64,000 nucleotides of DNA, from positions 13,246-77,245 of IMG/VR virus record IMGVR_UViG_3300034092_001898; one strand, given 5' to 3'. Both the position numbers and the translations under genes were made by a program. The stretch's first letter is position 1. Each line of letters starts with the position of its first letter. Source of the stretch: a virus. The notes under the pieces are model-generated. The model was given only the letters and a program-made list of their open reading frames with translations, made no database searches and was not told the DNA's origin. Positions 18,408-28,477 of this stretch are shown here, one piece after another.

Positions 18408-18712
18408 TGGTCACTTACTCCGGGTTTTTGGATCGGTTTCCCGAGTTCATCCCCCATCCATCGGGGATTGTCCTCGGGGCTATTGCGGAAGCCTCGGCGG
18501 ATGTTAGCGAAAGCGTGTTTGGCTCACAGTCAGATCGCGCCATCAAGCATCTTGCAGCCCACATCATTGCCTCGCAACTTGTCCAAATGGGAGCGCAAAT
18601 TGGTGCCACTGACGGCAAGGTCTATGGGAAAGGGCTAGAGGCAACGCAATATGGACAGGAGTATCTAAGGATGCTCAACAGTTGTTCTTCCACCATTGGT
18701 TTTGTTGTGTGA
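18407..18712 (+). CDS. Head-tail adaptor (DUF4054-like)
   Basis: FLDRFPEF, HLAAH, TQYGQEY. Confidence 0.85.
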   Translation: MVTYSGFLDRFPEFIPHPSGIVLGAIAEASADVSESVFGSQSDRAIKHLAAHIIASQLVQMGAQIGATDGKVYGKGLEATQYGQEYLRMLNSCSSTIGFVV

Positions 18713-18716
18713 AGAG

Positions 18717-19103
18717 ATGAATGGACTATCGCCACTGGCAAACGCAACCCTTATCTGGGAAGTGGCTAGTGGCTACGCCCTAGATCCTTTCACTCAAAAC
18801 TATCGCCCGGTTTCCAGTGGTGTGGTGTACTACGCCACCCTCAAGCAAAAGAACAATCCACGGTATGACTACCTTTTAGGTGCTGATCATACTGCTGTGT
18901 ATATGGAAGGGCGCTTGACTGGTCCATTGGCACTTTCGGGAGTTAGTGCTGGTGCTTCAGCCAAAGCAACAATCAATGGAAGGGAAGGACGATTTGAACT
19001 ACTGCCTAACGAACATCTTGTGGAACACTATTGGCAGTTTCTAGGACAACCAATCAGGGGAGTGTTTAGACTGATTGGTAAAGGAAGCGTCTTGAACGCT
19101 TAA
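18717..19103 (+). CDS. Putative head closure/neck protein
   Basis: Position between adaptor and tail tube; beta-rich. Confidence 0.5.
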   Translation: MNGLSPLANATLIWEVASGYALDPFTQNYRPVSSGVVYYATLKQKNNPRYDYLLGADHTAVYMEGRLTGPLALSGVSAGASAKATINGREGRFELLPNEHLVEHYWQFLGQPIRGVFRLIGKGSVLNA

Positions 19104-19135
19104 CCATTTTCCCCCTCCTTTGTTTTTTTAAGACA

Positions 19136-19714
19136 ATGCTCTTCCATCCGACTGAACTGGTTAAGAGCCAAGACGTTATCCTGCGTGTTGGCTCCATCAC
19201 CGGCACCGCCCGTCCTATCATCACTCAATCTGGCGCCACTTTCACGGTTAGCGGTGCTCCCACTCTCTATACGCTCCAGGCTGCTACTACTGCCAGCATT
19301 GCTTTCAATGATGGCAATACCGAGTTTTATCTTCTCGGCGGCGGTGGCTTCTCCGACAGCGTGATTGTCACTGCTGGCTTGACTGTTTCCGTCACTTCCT
19401 ATTTCCAAAAGGACGTTGATGGCACCACGTTCCTGCCGAATAGCTTTGATGAGGCATTCCAGATTGTTACCACTGCCCGGTACGACAAGAACGCTGAAGT
19501 CTACTTTGAAATCAACAAAGAGCTTGGCGCTTCTGGCACTACGTTCTACTACGACCGAGTGGCTGGCGTGTCGCGGGTGATGAACTACAACGAAAGCTAT
19601 CCTGCAGACAACCTTGTCGAAGTCACCTTTGACCTTGTGAGCCGCAGCCGCTACGGCATTCACCAGTCTGCGACCAGCAGTGGCAGCATCATTCCGATCG
19701 CTCCCAACTCCTGA
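19136..19714 (+). CDS. Major tail tube protein
   Basis: High-expression codon bias, beta-rich, ends YPADNLVEVTFDLVS, followed by a terminator. Confidence 0.75.
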   Translation: MLFHPTELVKSQDVILRVGSITGTARPIITQSGATFTVSGAPTLYTLQAATTASIAFNDGNTEFYLLGGGGFSDSVIVTAGLTVSVTSYFQKDVDGTTFLPNSFDEAFQIVTTARYDKNAEVYFEINKELGASGTTFYYDRVAGVSRVMNYNESYPADNLVEVTFDLVSRSRYGIHQSATSSGSIIPIAPNS

Positions 19715-19739
19715 TAGTCCTTTCCATCGTTCCTTTGTT

Positions 19740-19770
19740 AGCCTCCCCATAGCGGGAGGCTTTTTATTTT
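19740..19770 (+). terminator. Intrinsic terminator
   Basis: AGCCTCCC/GGGAGGCT followed by a T-run. Confidence 0.85.
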
Positions 19771-20176
19771 GACCAATCTTGAACTACGGCAAAAGCTAGA
19801 GGCAGTGTTAAGTTGTCCACCTAACCTCATTGGCACTTACACGCTGCCCAATGGCCAAGCAATTCCGGCTATCTACATGACAGGAACGCAAGGTGTACCG
19901 GCAGACTGGAAAGTGCAGGGCCTTGAAGTGACAATGGAGGAAATGCCAAGGCGATCACCAATGGCGGGAGTGGGAATCGTCGTCAGCCGTATGGCATGGG
20001 TGGTGATGCTAGTGAACTACAATGGCGGCACCAATGCGTTGGATCAGGCAGTGAGCAGGCTAGAGCGAGTGTTTCCCGATGCCACTTTCTCTCCATCGCC
20101 CGAAACGGACATTGCATATGGTCAGTATCGAATTGTCATCCCTGATGTGCAAGTGAGACCAGTGCTGCGGCCATGA
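19769..20176 (+). CDS. Putative tail terminator-like protein
   Basis: Size and position in the tail module. Confidence 0.45.
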   Translation: MTNLELRQKLEAVLSCPPNLIGTYTLPNGQAIPAIYMTGTQGVPADWKVQGLEVTMEEMPRRSPMAGVGIVVSRMAWVVMLVNYNGGTNALDQAVSRLERVFPDATFSPSPETDIAYGQYRIVIPDVQVRPVLRP

Positions 20177-20394
20177 AAATGCTGTCAAGCGATTGCGGTA
20201 GCGCATGGCTTTTCAATGTAAAGAGAGAAGAGGATCAGCTAGTTGCTGGCCTTGCCTGCTTCGTCAGCAATTCTCCGGAGCAAGTCATTGTGCAATGGAG
20301 AGGCGAAAGGCTAATCCTTGGACTTCCCCATCGTGCCGTGTCTAATCCCATGCCGTGTCGTGTGCTGAATGCTAGACTTGCGCTGCTTAATTGA
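20173..20394 (+). CDS. Hypothetical protein
   Basis: ATGA-coupled ORF. Confidence 0.5.
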   Translation: MKMLSSDCGSAWLFNVKREEDQLVAGLACFVSNSPEQVIVQWRGERLILGLPHRAVSNPMPCRVLNARLALLN

Positions 20395-20399
20395 TTTTC

Positions 20400-20921
20400 A
20401 TGAGCCAATACAGCGAGTTTTTCTTGATTGGCAGCCCAAAGTATGCTGCCATTGCTGCTGCTTTGCGGCTTCGCAGTTACGGCAGTTGGCTGACTGAGGA
20501 ACTGTGGCTGCGTGATGCGCAGACCAAAAAGCGGGCTGGGTTTTCAATGAAGGCCATTCGTTTGGCGCGACGCATTGCGGCACAGAAAGGCATTAGCGAG
20601 GACGATGCGTTTGACCTCCTTCAGTCTGATGGCCCCGAAAGGCAAGAGGTGCTGGGGGACTTTGCAGAAGAAGCGGCAGCGTTGTTTGCTCTCCTTCCAT
20701 CGCCTCAAGAGCAATTTGAGGAACTGGTGACAAAGTTCTTCCAGAATCGCGGGGAGGTGAAAAAGGGCACGGAATGGACCTCTACGCCCGACTGGAGCCG
20801 GGAGGACACTGGCAAGCTCACCAAGACCATGCTCGATGCCGTAGAGGCTTTCATGGCCCAGGAGGAGGGCTCTAGCAATACTGAGACCGAAGAGGACGAC
20901 GCCCCAAAGGAACAAGGCTAG
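20400..20921 (+). CDS. Tail assembly chaperone (gpG-like)
   Basis: Acidic tail ending C.CCA.AAG; upstream of the tape measure. Confidence 0.75.
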   Translation: MSQYSEFFLIGSPKYAAIAAALRLRSYGSWLTEELWLRDAQTKKRAGFSMKAIRLARRIAAQKGISEDDAFDLLQSDGPERQEVLGDFAEEAAALFALLPSPQEQFEELVTKFFQNRGEVKKGTEWTSTPDWSREDTGKLTKTMLDAVEAFMAQEEGSSNTETEEDDAPKEQG

Positions 20922-21325
20922 AGCGGCTAGAAAGATACACTGAAGCCACGTTAGCCCAGTCCACGGATTGGGCTGCGTTGTATTGCCGCATTCAGGCACT
21001 TGCCATTGCCGATCCCATGTTTCATGCGGAGCGGTTTGGGAAGGTGCCAATCAAGTTGTTGCAAGCCATGCTGGAGCAGGCCAGCACAGAGCAGCAACGC
21101 CTAATTAACGCCCACAGCATGAGCACGGCCAAGCTCGCCGTAACAGTTGTTCGGGCACTAGGCGGGAAAACGGCACAAGCTAAAGTGGATGACTTCTTGC
21201 CATTTGAGCAAGCTAAGCCTAATGCCATCAGTAGCGAAACCAAGGAGGCCCTGCAATGGGCGCTGAAAACTCATAGGCTTCCCCCTGTTATCGTGGGACT
21301 AATTGGGGCGGAACTAGCACGCTAA
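20909..21325 (+). CDS. Tail assembly chaperone -1 frameshift extension (gpGT-like)
   Basis: Slippery heptamer at 20903-20909; the -1 frame is open into ORF 20978-21325. Confidence 0.75.
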   Translation, partial: GTRLERLERYTEATLAQSTDWAALYCRIQALAIADPMFHAERFGKVPIKLLQAMLEQASTEQQRLINAHSMSTAKLAVTVVRALGGKTAQAKVDDFLPFEQAKPNAISSETKEALQWALKTHRLPPVIVGLIGAELAR

Positions 21326-21831
21326 TGGCACGCAATAATTACGACTCCATGCGCATGATCGCTAAGACCATTTCACTACCGAGTGAAGTGTTCAAAGAGC
21401 TTATGGATAGGGTATCAGTGGAGTTTCAAGGGGCATTTGAGCTTGACTATTCTTATGATCGCCCAGAAGGGATTAGCGTGATCCGAGAGAATGGAGTGCC
21501 AAAGATTGTTAGGGGCAGCACGGGAACGTTAAGGGAAAATGGCGACCACTTGTCAGAAGAAGGCGATTTGCCTTATGCTCCACGCGACATTGTGGACTTG
21601 GGCGCATTGCAAGATAGCCAACAGCGCATCGACATGCCCAATGCGACGCTGTTTCGATGGACAGGCAATGGAGAAAGAGACTATGCCTTGTTTGTGCATG
21701 ATGGCTATACGCCAAAGCTACTGGGCAGAGATTGCAGGCCAGTGCCAGGAAGGCCGTGGACTTTGCCAGTGCTGCTTAGAATGAGAACAACGATTGCCGA
21801 AACCAAAAAGCGGCGACTTAGAGGAGGCTGA
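21325..21831 (+). CDS. Tail completion/neck protein (HK97 gp10-like)
   Basis: PRDIVDLGALQDS, YALFVHDG, PGRPWT. Confidence 0.65.
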   Translation: MARNNYDSMRMIAKTISLPSEVFKELMDRVSVEFQGAFELDYSYDRPEGISVIRENGVPKIVRGSTGTLRENGDHLSEEGDLPYAPRDIVDLGALQDSQQRIDMPNATLFRWTGNGERDYALFVHDGYTPKLLGRDCRPVPGRPWTLPVLLRMRTTIAETKKRRLRGG

Positions 21832-21833
21832 TT

Positions 21834-24800
21834 GTGCCTAACGCGGGATACGAAGTTTTATTCACTACCAATGCCCAAAAGGTAGAGCGGGAGATTAAAA
21901 GCCTGCATCGGCAAGTTGGAATGCCGATCGTTCCGAAGGTAGAGCGGGAGATTAAAAGCCTGCATCGGCAAGTTGGAATGCCGATCATTCCGACTGTTGA
22001 CCTTTCGGAACTCAAGGCGCTCAATGCTGAGCTTGATCTAAAGCAACGTCACCTTCGCCAGACCATTGCGTATTTCAAGCAGAACCAGATCAAAGCGAGC
22101 ATGGATTTGTCCATGCCTGCTCTTACGCCAGCGGCACTACAGAAAGCGCTGCCGTCTGCTGAAATCAAGAAAGTCGCTCAGCAACAAGCCAAGCAACTTC
22201 AGGACGCCTTTCGATCTGTTGGTGGGCAATCAGCAGTTATTGATGTTGAAATTAAAGACTTAAGCCCTGCGAGTATTGAGGTTGTCAGGAAAAGGCTCGT
22301 CCAGTTAACTCAGCTTACAAAGCGGCGGAGGACAGAGCTTGAGCAAATGGCCGCTGTTGCGCAAGAAAAAGGGATTGCCCTTCCAAGTTTGCAAGGTGTT
22401 GCAAAGCCAACAATTAAGCAATTCCAACAAGCCTTGACGCAAGGCTTCCAGGAAGCGGGAGATGATGCGCTTATTGGTTTTGTCAATAGCTTGGCTGCGG
22501 GGAATACAAAGGCGGGAAAGGCAGCGGCAGGTCTTGGCGCGGCAGTGCTGCGAGAGCTTAAACAAGTTCTCAGGATTCAATCACCGTCAAAAGAGACAGA
22601 AGAGGATGGGCGGAATGTCGTTGACGGACTGACCCTGGGTATCAGCAGGCAGGCCGACAAAGCAGTTCAAGCGGCCCGTAACTTAGCCAAAGAAGTGGCT
22701 GCGGCTATGGACCCAGCCAACATCCCGCAAGGCCCTCGGCGGCAGGCTGCTGCCGCAGCAATGCGCACACCGGACCTCTCTGGTTCGTGGTTCTCTCAAC
22801 CTGCACCGCCGCGTCAGATCGCTGATCCATGGGCCGATGCTCCGCTTTCGAGAAGAGAGCGTGAAGCTCAAATGCGAGCACAATTAAAGGCTATTGGGAT
22901 TGTGCATCTTGAGCAGAAAGCTCTTGATGACCTTGCTGCTTCCTACAATCGCGTAACCAATGCTAAGGCCAATACTGCTACGGCGGGTAATCAAGGAATT
23001 GCAGGGTTATTGCCTGCTGCTGGGCAATCTTCTGCGTCTCGGATGATTTCTGACGGCCTAGCTGGAACTTTCTTGCGGGCGCCAGACATTTCCAAGCTCA
23101 AGGCAGACGCCAAAAAGATTGAGGGAAGTAATCGCTCTTTACTTGAGTTAGGTGATCGTCTTGCCGCGACCACCATGCGGCCTGGATATTACCGTCGCGC
23201 CATTCGTCGGGTTGGCATTGAGAACTTGCCAGTTGACATTGTAGGGGCAGCGAATGAGCGATCCGAAAAGCCCGTAGAAGCGATGGTGAGGCGAATCATT
23301 GGCCAAAAGGGCGAATTGGAACGAGCGCTGGATCAAGCGTTTAAGTCGCCAGGGAAGGCGATTGCCAATAATGGGGCAAAGGCTGGAAAGGACTTTGCAG
23401 AAAAGCTTGCCGATGGTATTAACAGTGGTGTTGCCAATGTCGTAGCGGCGGCAAGGAGACTTTCTGGCCGACTGAACACCGCAGCGGGGGGAAGTGGTGC
23501 TGGTGGTACTGGTGGTGGAACGGGCGGGCGCGGGGGAGGCGGCGGAGGGCAAGGCCCGCAAGGTCCAGGCGACAGCGATTTACCCTTCCTCCCTGGGCGC
23601 AGACTGGGCGATGTGAGAGTGAGTGGCCGCAGGATTAAAGGCTTGTATAGCGAGCTACAGCAAATAGATCGACTAATTAACAAGACTCCCATTACAGACG
23701 ATCTTTTCTCTAGGCTACAAGCTCGTGCCGGTGTTACCCAAGGCCAGATTGAGCGTGCTCAAAACATTGGGCAAGTGCAGCGACTGCGAACAAGCTCTGA
23801 GTTCTTTGAGGAAGGTTCGCTTATTCGTGTTAATAAGGCACTTCAAGCCTTGCAGATTGAGGCGTCTGAAATCAAGCCGAACACGAAAGAATGGAATGAA
23901 TATCAAAAACAAATTGCCGCATTGGGTCGTCACCTAGAAAAGACTGGAGAATCCGCACGACTTATCTCGCTGAATGAGCTTAGCAAGTCAGTTCCCCAAG
24001 CTTCTCTTACTGCATTAAGCAGCAAGCTAGAGGCATTACGGCTTCAAGTGAAAGACTTAGAACCCAATACTGAACCTTGGCGAAGAATACAAAATCAAAT
24101 CAATCAGACCACGCTGGCCTTGGAAAGGGCGAATAGAGCGGAACAGCGAAGCATGTTGATGGCGCGAGAGCAATCCGCCCCCGAAGGTTCAGTGGCGCAA
24201 CTGCAAGCAAGAATTGCAAGGCGTCAAATGGTCTTGGAACGTCTCTCTCCAGACACGGCCAAGTATTCTGGCTTCTCCCGAAAAATCCAACAGGATGAAT
24301 TGCGCGTAGAACGCATCACCCGCAAGCCTCTCACGATGGGAGAGAGGAGCGGCGCTGCGGCTGGCGCGGTACTGTACGGTGGTGGCCTTGCCGGAAGCCC
24401 GCTGAGCGCTGTTGGCGGTCTTGCTGGCGGTCTTGCTGGCGGCATTCCCGGTTCATTTACTGGTGCCGCTATTGGCCAAACGGCTGATCAACTTGTCGCC
24501 GCTGCCAGTGCCTCTGCCACCTACGCGGCTTCGTTGTCTCGCCTTAGGATTGCTCTTGCTGGCGTCAGTGGTAGTTTGGAAAACTACCAAGCCAACCTCA
24601 AGGCTATCAATAGCATCAGCAATACGTTTGGCATGAGCCTTGACAAGGTGATTCAGCCTTATACCAAACTGCAAGCCTCTGTGTTGGCGGCAGGCTATAG
24701 CGCACAAACTACAAAAGAAATCTTTGAAGGCGTTACTGCCGCCTCCATTGCAACTGGCGGTAGTGCAGAAGACCTTGAAGGCTCCATGCGTGCCGTTACG

Positions 24801-27779
24801 CAGATCTTTGCAAAAGGCACTGTCCAAAGCGAAGAACTTGTCGGTCAGTTGTCGGAGCGCATTCCGGGTGCGTTTGCTTTGTTTGCAAAGTTCAACAACA
24901 TGAGTACGGCTTCGCTCAAGGAAGCATTAGAGCGAGGGCAAGTGGGGCTAGACAATTTCATCAAGTTCAACAAGGGACTACTTGAAACCTATGGGCGGTC
25001 GGCACGAGAAATTGCCAAAGGTCCTGAATACGCTGGGCAGCGTTTAGAGGCTGCCTTGAAAAGGCTCCAAGCCTCTGTTGGTGCAGCGCTTGCCCCGACT
25101 GGCGCCGCCTTTCAGGACTGGGCCGCTGGTGTTGTAGATGCCTTTGAGCGCGTCATCAAGAAAGCGCAAGAGTATAAACTGCTGAGCAGCCAACTTTCGC
25201 CCGGCGGCATTGTCGAAGAAATCTTGATAGGAAAGCGTACCGAGCAAAGCCTGCTTGATGACATCAAAAAGGCAAGGGCTCAACTTAAAGCAATGAAGGA
25301 AGAACTCAAGGCAACTACCCCTGGGCTTTCATACGGGCCTTTTGGTGTTATCAAGAGTCCCTACGATGTAAAGAAAAATGAAGTTACGGAAAAAGAGAAG
25401 CAACTTACCACCCTGAGCGCAGCGGAAGCAATGTTAAGGCGCCAAGAGGAACTGACTAGGAATGAAGCAAAAGAACAGGTCATAGCGGCGGCTGAGGAGC
25501 GCAAAAAGCAATTCGCCTCCTTGGCTCAAAGCTATGGCGAATTGATGAGCCAAAGAGACAAGGATTTAGCGCAAACCAGAAAGGATCACGAAAACGACTT
25601 GCAAGAATTGAGAAAGAATCATGCAAAAGAAATGCTTGATTTTGAGGACACGCTTGCGGAGGAGCGGCGATCCACTGAGCTTGAAATTGCAAGAACTCGT
25701 CGTAGTATTGAAAATGATGCCTATGACATTGCCGCGCAAGAGCAAATCTTACTGGCAAAAGCAAGAGGTGAAGATACCGCCGTCATGGAGAAAGAGCAAA
25801 CTTTTAGGCAGCGAGTGCGTGCAGACAGGGAAGCAGTACTTCAACTAGAAGAAAGTCAGATCACAAAGCAGGAAAACCGCCAAAAAGCTCTTGATAAGAT
25901 GCGTAAGCAAAATGCCGAAGAAATCAATCAACGGGCGGAAGCACATGCAAAGCGAATTAAGAGCATAGGCGAAGAATACGCAAAAAACGTGTCCAAGTTT
26001 CTCACAAAAGCAGCCGTTGATAGTGGGCAAACACTAGAGAAAACCACCCAAAGGATTACGCTGCAACACATTATGTTGCTCATGGCCACGCAGCGGGTGC
26101 AGGGCGGCCTACATCCTTACAAAGACGCTAGTGGCAAAATTGCCGACGAAATCCAGCGCCTACAGAATAAAATTGACGAATTAGGCGGCGACTTCAAGGC
26201 TTTTCGCTCGCCCGCCCCATCGGACACTTCACCCAAGCAACTGGGCCAAGGCGGCCCGGACATGCCTGACTGGGTAATAGCGCAGGCTCAAAACAAGCCA
26301 GTCCCTGAATCCTCAAAGTTGTACCCCGCTGACAACAGGCAATACACTCCGCATCCCTATGCTATTGCAGGGCGAGATGCCAGCGGAAGGCTAATCATTG
26401 GCCCTAGGCCAGGCGCGACTCCTCCGACGCCAGGGATGGAGCAAACGAGGGCCACTGATGCGCAACAACTGCAAAATGAAAAAGAATCACGGACCAGTGC
26501 TCGCACGAAAGACCTGATGCAGAGGTATAATGACTTGCTGGAGCCGCTAGTGCAAGCCAAGAAAACGACTGGCGAGCAAAATGATCTTATTGATATTCAA
26601 GCGGATCTTCTACATAGAGGTGTCAATCCAGCGCTGATTGAATCTCTATCTATTTCCATGCAGCAAGGCAGGCAAGCGAGAGAAGGGATTAGACAAGAGC
26701 AAGAAGACTATGCAAAAAAGTTGGCCAAGGGCGATCTTGACCAACAGCAATATGGAGAATTGATGCAGCTTGCAAGCAAGCTGAACGAGACACTAAAAGA
26801 GACGCTGGCATTGTCCGATCAAGAAATAGCCAAAAACAAGCAAATCGGAGTTGCACTTAGGACTAATCTGGATATAGCCCAAAGAAGTGCATTGTTACGA
26901 GCAGCACCTGGCCTGCAAACAAAAACAGCGGAATTGATGCTGGAGGGCATGTGGGATTCGGGGAAAGCCTCAAGGTTCGCCAAGGTTTTAATGAACCTAG
27001 AAGGGAATGAGCGCATTAAGGCTCAATTCACCAATCTTGGAGAAACACTTAATTCGACACTCGGAAATGCCATCGTGAATGTGACTGCAGATTGGGGTAA
27101 TTTCTCTGAGGCGCTTCAAGACTCCGCAAAAACGTTACAGGATGCCTTCAAGCAACTTGCGAATGCAATCATTAACGAAATGACTCGCGCATTGGTCAAC
27201 AAGGCTGTTGGGTGGCTTATGCGAGTTGCTGGTTTTGGGGCACCATTGGTGGGCGAAGGTCTTCGTGGCGACACCGGCATTGACTTTTCGCAGTTCATGC
27301 CTCGTGGCGACACCGGCATTGACTTTTCGCAGTTCATGCCTCGTGGCGACACTGGTATTGATCTGTCACAGTTTATACCTGGTGGCGACACTGGCATTGA
27401 CTTTTCGCAGTTTATACCTGGCGGCGACACCGGCATTGACTTTTCGCAGTTTATGCTTGACAATCAAAAGGCTTTTAAGTTTGCCAATGGAGGAATTGTT
27501 ACTGGCCCGACTCTTGGCCTTATTGGTGAGGGGCGCTACAACGAAGCCATCATTCCAATGCCCAACAATCGGGCAGTGCCAGTGGACTTAAAGGGAAGTG
27601 TCGGCGGCAATTATTCCACCTCCATTGCAGTCAATGTCAACAATTCTTCTACTGGCGCTACTGCCGAATCGCAAATCACTGGCGATCAAGGCAATAAGCT
27701 TGCTGGAGTGCTGGATAAAGCCGTCAAGCAAGCTATCCTTAGTGAACAACGGCCTGGAGGACTCCTATATCGCCAATGA
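21834..27779 (+). CDS. Tape measure protein
   Basis: 1981 aa, helical; IQSPSK, QIFAKGTVQSEELVGQLSERIPGA, FANGGIVTGPT..GEG..EAIIP, EQRPGGLL. Confidence 0.95.
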   Translation: MPNAGYEVLFTTNAQKVEREIKSLHRQVGMPIVPKVEREIKSLHRQVGMPIIPTVDLSELKALNAELDLKQRHLRQTIAYFKQNQIKASMDLSMPALTPAALQKALPSAEIKKVAQQQAKQLQDAFRSVGGQSAVIDVEIKDLSPASIEVVRKRLVQLTQLTKRRRTELEQMAAVAQEKGIALPSLQGVAKPTIKQFQQALTQGFQEAGDDALIGFVNSLAAGNTKAGKAAAGLGAAVLRELKQVLRIQSPSKETEEDGRNVVDGLTLGISRQADKAVQAARNLAKEVAAAMDPANIPQGPRRQAAAAAMRTPDLSGSWFSQPAPPRQIADPWADAPLSRREREAQMRAQLKAIGIVHLEQKALDDLAASYNRVTNAKANTATAGNQGIAGLLPAAGQSSASRMISDGLAGTFLRAPDISKLKADAKKIEGSNRSLLELGDRLAATTMRPGYYRRAIRRVGIENLPVDIVGAANERSEKPVEAMVRRIIGQKGELERALDQAFKSPGKAIANNGAKAGKDFAEKLADGINSGVANVVAAARRLSGRLNTAAGGSGAGGTGGGTGGRGGGGGGQGPQGPGDSDLPFLPGRRLGDVRVSGRRIKGLYSELQQIDRLINKTPITDDLFSRLQARAGVTQGQIERAQNIGQVQRLRTSSEFFEEGSLIRVNKALQALQIEASEIKPNTKEWNEYQKQIAALGRHLEKTGESARLISLNELSKSVPQASLTALSSKLEALRLQVKDLEPNTEPWRRIQNQINQTTLALERANRAEQRSMLMAREQSAPEGSVAQLQARIARRQMVLERLSPDTAKYSGFSRKIQQDELRVERITRKPLTMGERSGAAAGAVLYGGGLAGSPLSAVGGLAGGLAGGIPGSFTGAAIGQTADQLVAAASASATYAASLSRLRIALAGVSGSLENYQANLKAINSISNTFGMSLDKVIQPYTKLQASVLAAGYSAQTTKEIFEGVTAASIATGGSAEDLEGSMRAVTQIFAKGTVQSEELVGQLSERIPGAFALFAKFNNMSTASLKEALERGQVGLDNFIKFNKGLLETYGRSAREIAKGPEYAGQRLEAALKRLQASVGAALAPTGAAFQDWAAGVVDAFERVIKKAQEYKLLSSQLSPGGIVEEILIGKRTEQSLLDDIKKARAQLKAMKEELKATTPGLSYGPFGVIKSPYDVKKNEVTEKEKQLTTLSAAEAMLRRQEELTRNEAKEQVIAAAEERKKQFASLAQSYGELMSQRDKDLAQTRKDHENDLQELRKNHAKEMLDFEDTLAEERRSTELEIARTRRSIENDAYDIAAQEQILLAKARGEDTAVMEKEQTFRQRVRADREAVLQLEESQITKQENRQKALDKMRKQNAEEINQRAEAHAKRIKSIGEEYAKNVSKFLTKAAVDSGQTLEKTTQRITLQHIMLLMATQRVQGGLHPYKDASGKIADEIQRLQNKIDELGGDFKAFRSPAPSDTSPKQLGQGGPDMPDWVIAQAQNKPVPESSKLYPADNRQYTPHPYAIAGRDASGRLIIGPRPGATPPTPGMEQTRATDAQQLQNEKESRTSARTKDLMQRYNDLLEPLVQAKKTTGEQNDLIDIQADLLHRGVNPALIESLSISMQQGRQAREGIRQEQEDYAKKLAKGDLDQQQYGELMQLASKLNETLKETLALSDQEIAKNKQIGVALRTNLDIAQRSALLRAAPGLQTKTAELMLEGMWDSGKASRFAKVLMNLEGNERIKAQFTNLGETLNSTLGNAIVNVTADWGNFSEALQDSAKTLQDAFKQLANAIINEMTRALVNKAVGWLMRVAGFGAPLVGEGLRGDTGIDFSQFMPRGDTGIDFSQFMPRGDTGIDLSQFIPGGDTGIDFSQFIPGGDTGIDFSQFMLDNQKAFKFANGGIVTGPTLGLIGEGRYNEAIIPMPNNRAVPVDLKGSVGGNYSTSIAVNVNNSSTGATAESQITGDQGNKLAGVLDKAVKQAILSEQRPGGLLYRQ
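21879..21993 (+). repeat. 57-nt tandem duplication in the tape measure N-terminus
   Basis: KVEREIKSLHRQVGMPI(V/I)P twice, near-identical DNA. Confidence 0.95.
27264..27458 (+). repeat. Five 39-nt tandem repeats in the tape measure C-terminus
   Basis: (R/G)GDTGID(F/L)SQF(M/I)(P/L) five times. Confidence 0.95.
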
Positions 27780-28477
27780 CGCTTGCTCCTAGTGGCATCA
27801 TCAACGAAGCACGGAGTCTTGTTGAGGATACCCGCCTAGACCTTTTCATTATTGATGGATCTGCCGTGTTCCCTAGCGCCGGTCCCGCTATTCAGTATCT
27901 TGTCAGCCCTGAGCAATCTGGCGGCCAGACCATTGAATACGTGGACGATGGCGGCACACTTCGCACTTACCTTCCCGTGCCAATTTCTGCCGCTGGCTTT
28001 GAGCTAACTGGCAGTAACCGCCTCCCCTCTCCATCGCTCACGATTGCCAATGTTGACCGCGCTTTTACCGTTCTTTCGGAAAGCTACGATGACTTGCTTG
28101 GATTTCGCTTTGTGCGGCTTTCTACTTACGCCAAGTTTGTCCGTCGCATTGGTGGCGGAGCGGTACAGGGTTCCTATGATGCGAGTGCGCATCATGCGCC
28201 AGACGAATGGTACATCAATCGCAAGGCAGAAGAAACCAAATTAACAATCACCTGGGAATTGGCCTCTGTGTTCGACAATGAGGGGATAACTATTCCGCGA
28301 CGACGCATCTATGCCAATTATTGCCCATTCGTTTATCGCGGTCCAGAGTGCCAATGGGCGGGAGCAGAGCCTGGCGGGGAATCAACCTGCAATAAGAGCT
28401 TAGAAGCGTGCGAGCGTAGGTTTGGAAATGCTGGGCTACGATTGCGGTTTGGGGGATTCCCTACGGCACAGGTTTGA
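27776..28477 (+). CDS. Minor tail protein L (lambda gpL-like)
   Basis: LPSPSLTIAN, IPRR..C..YRGPEC..C.K.L..C..RF..FGGFP. Confidence 0.9.
   Translation: MTLAPSGIINEARSLVEDTRLDLFIIDGSAVFPSAGPAIQYLVSPEQSGGQTIEYVDDGGTLRTYLPVPISAAGFELTGSNRLPSPSLTIANVDRAFTVLSESYDDLLGFRFVRLSTYAKFVRRIGGGAVQGSYDASAHHAPDEWYINRKAEETKLTITWELASVFDNEGITIPRRRIYANYCPFVYRGPECQWAGAEPGGESTCNKSLEACERRFGNAGLRLRFGGFPTAQV

Noticed and set aside
27264-27458. CRISPR or DGR interpretation of the 39-nt repeats
   Set aside because: No spacers, in-frame coding, differences not adenine-specific, and no reverse transcriptase in the window
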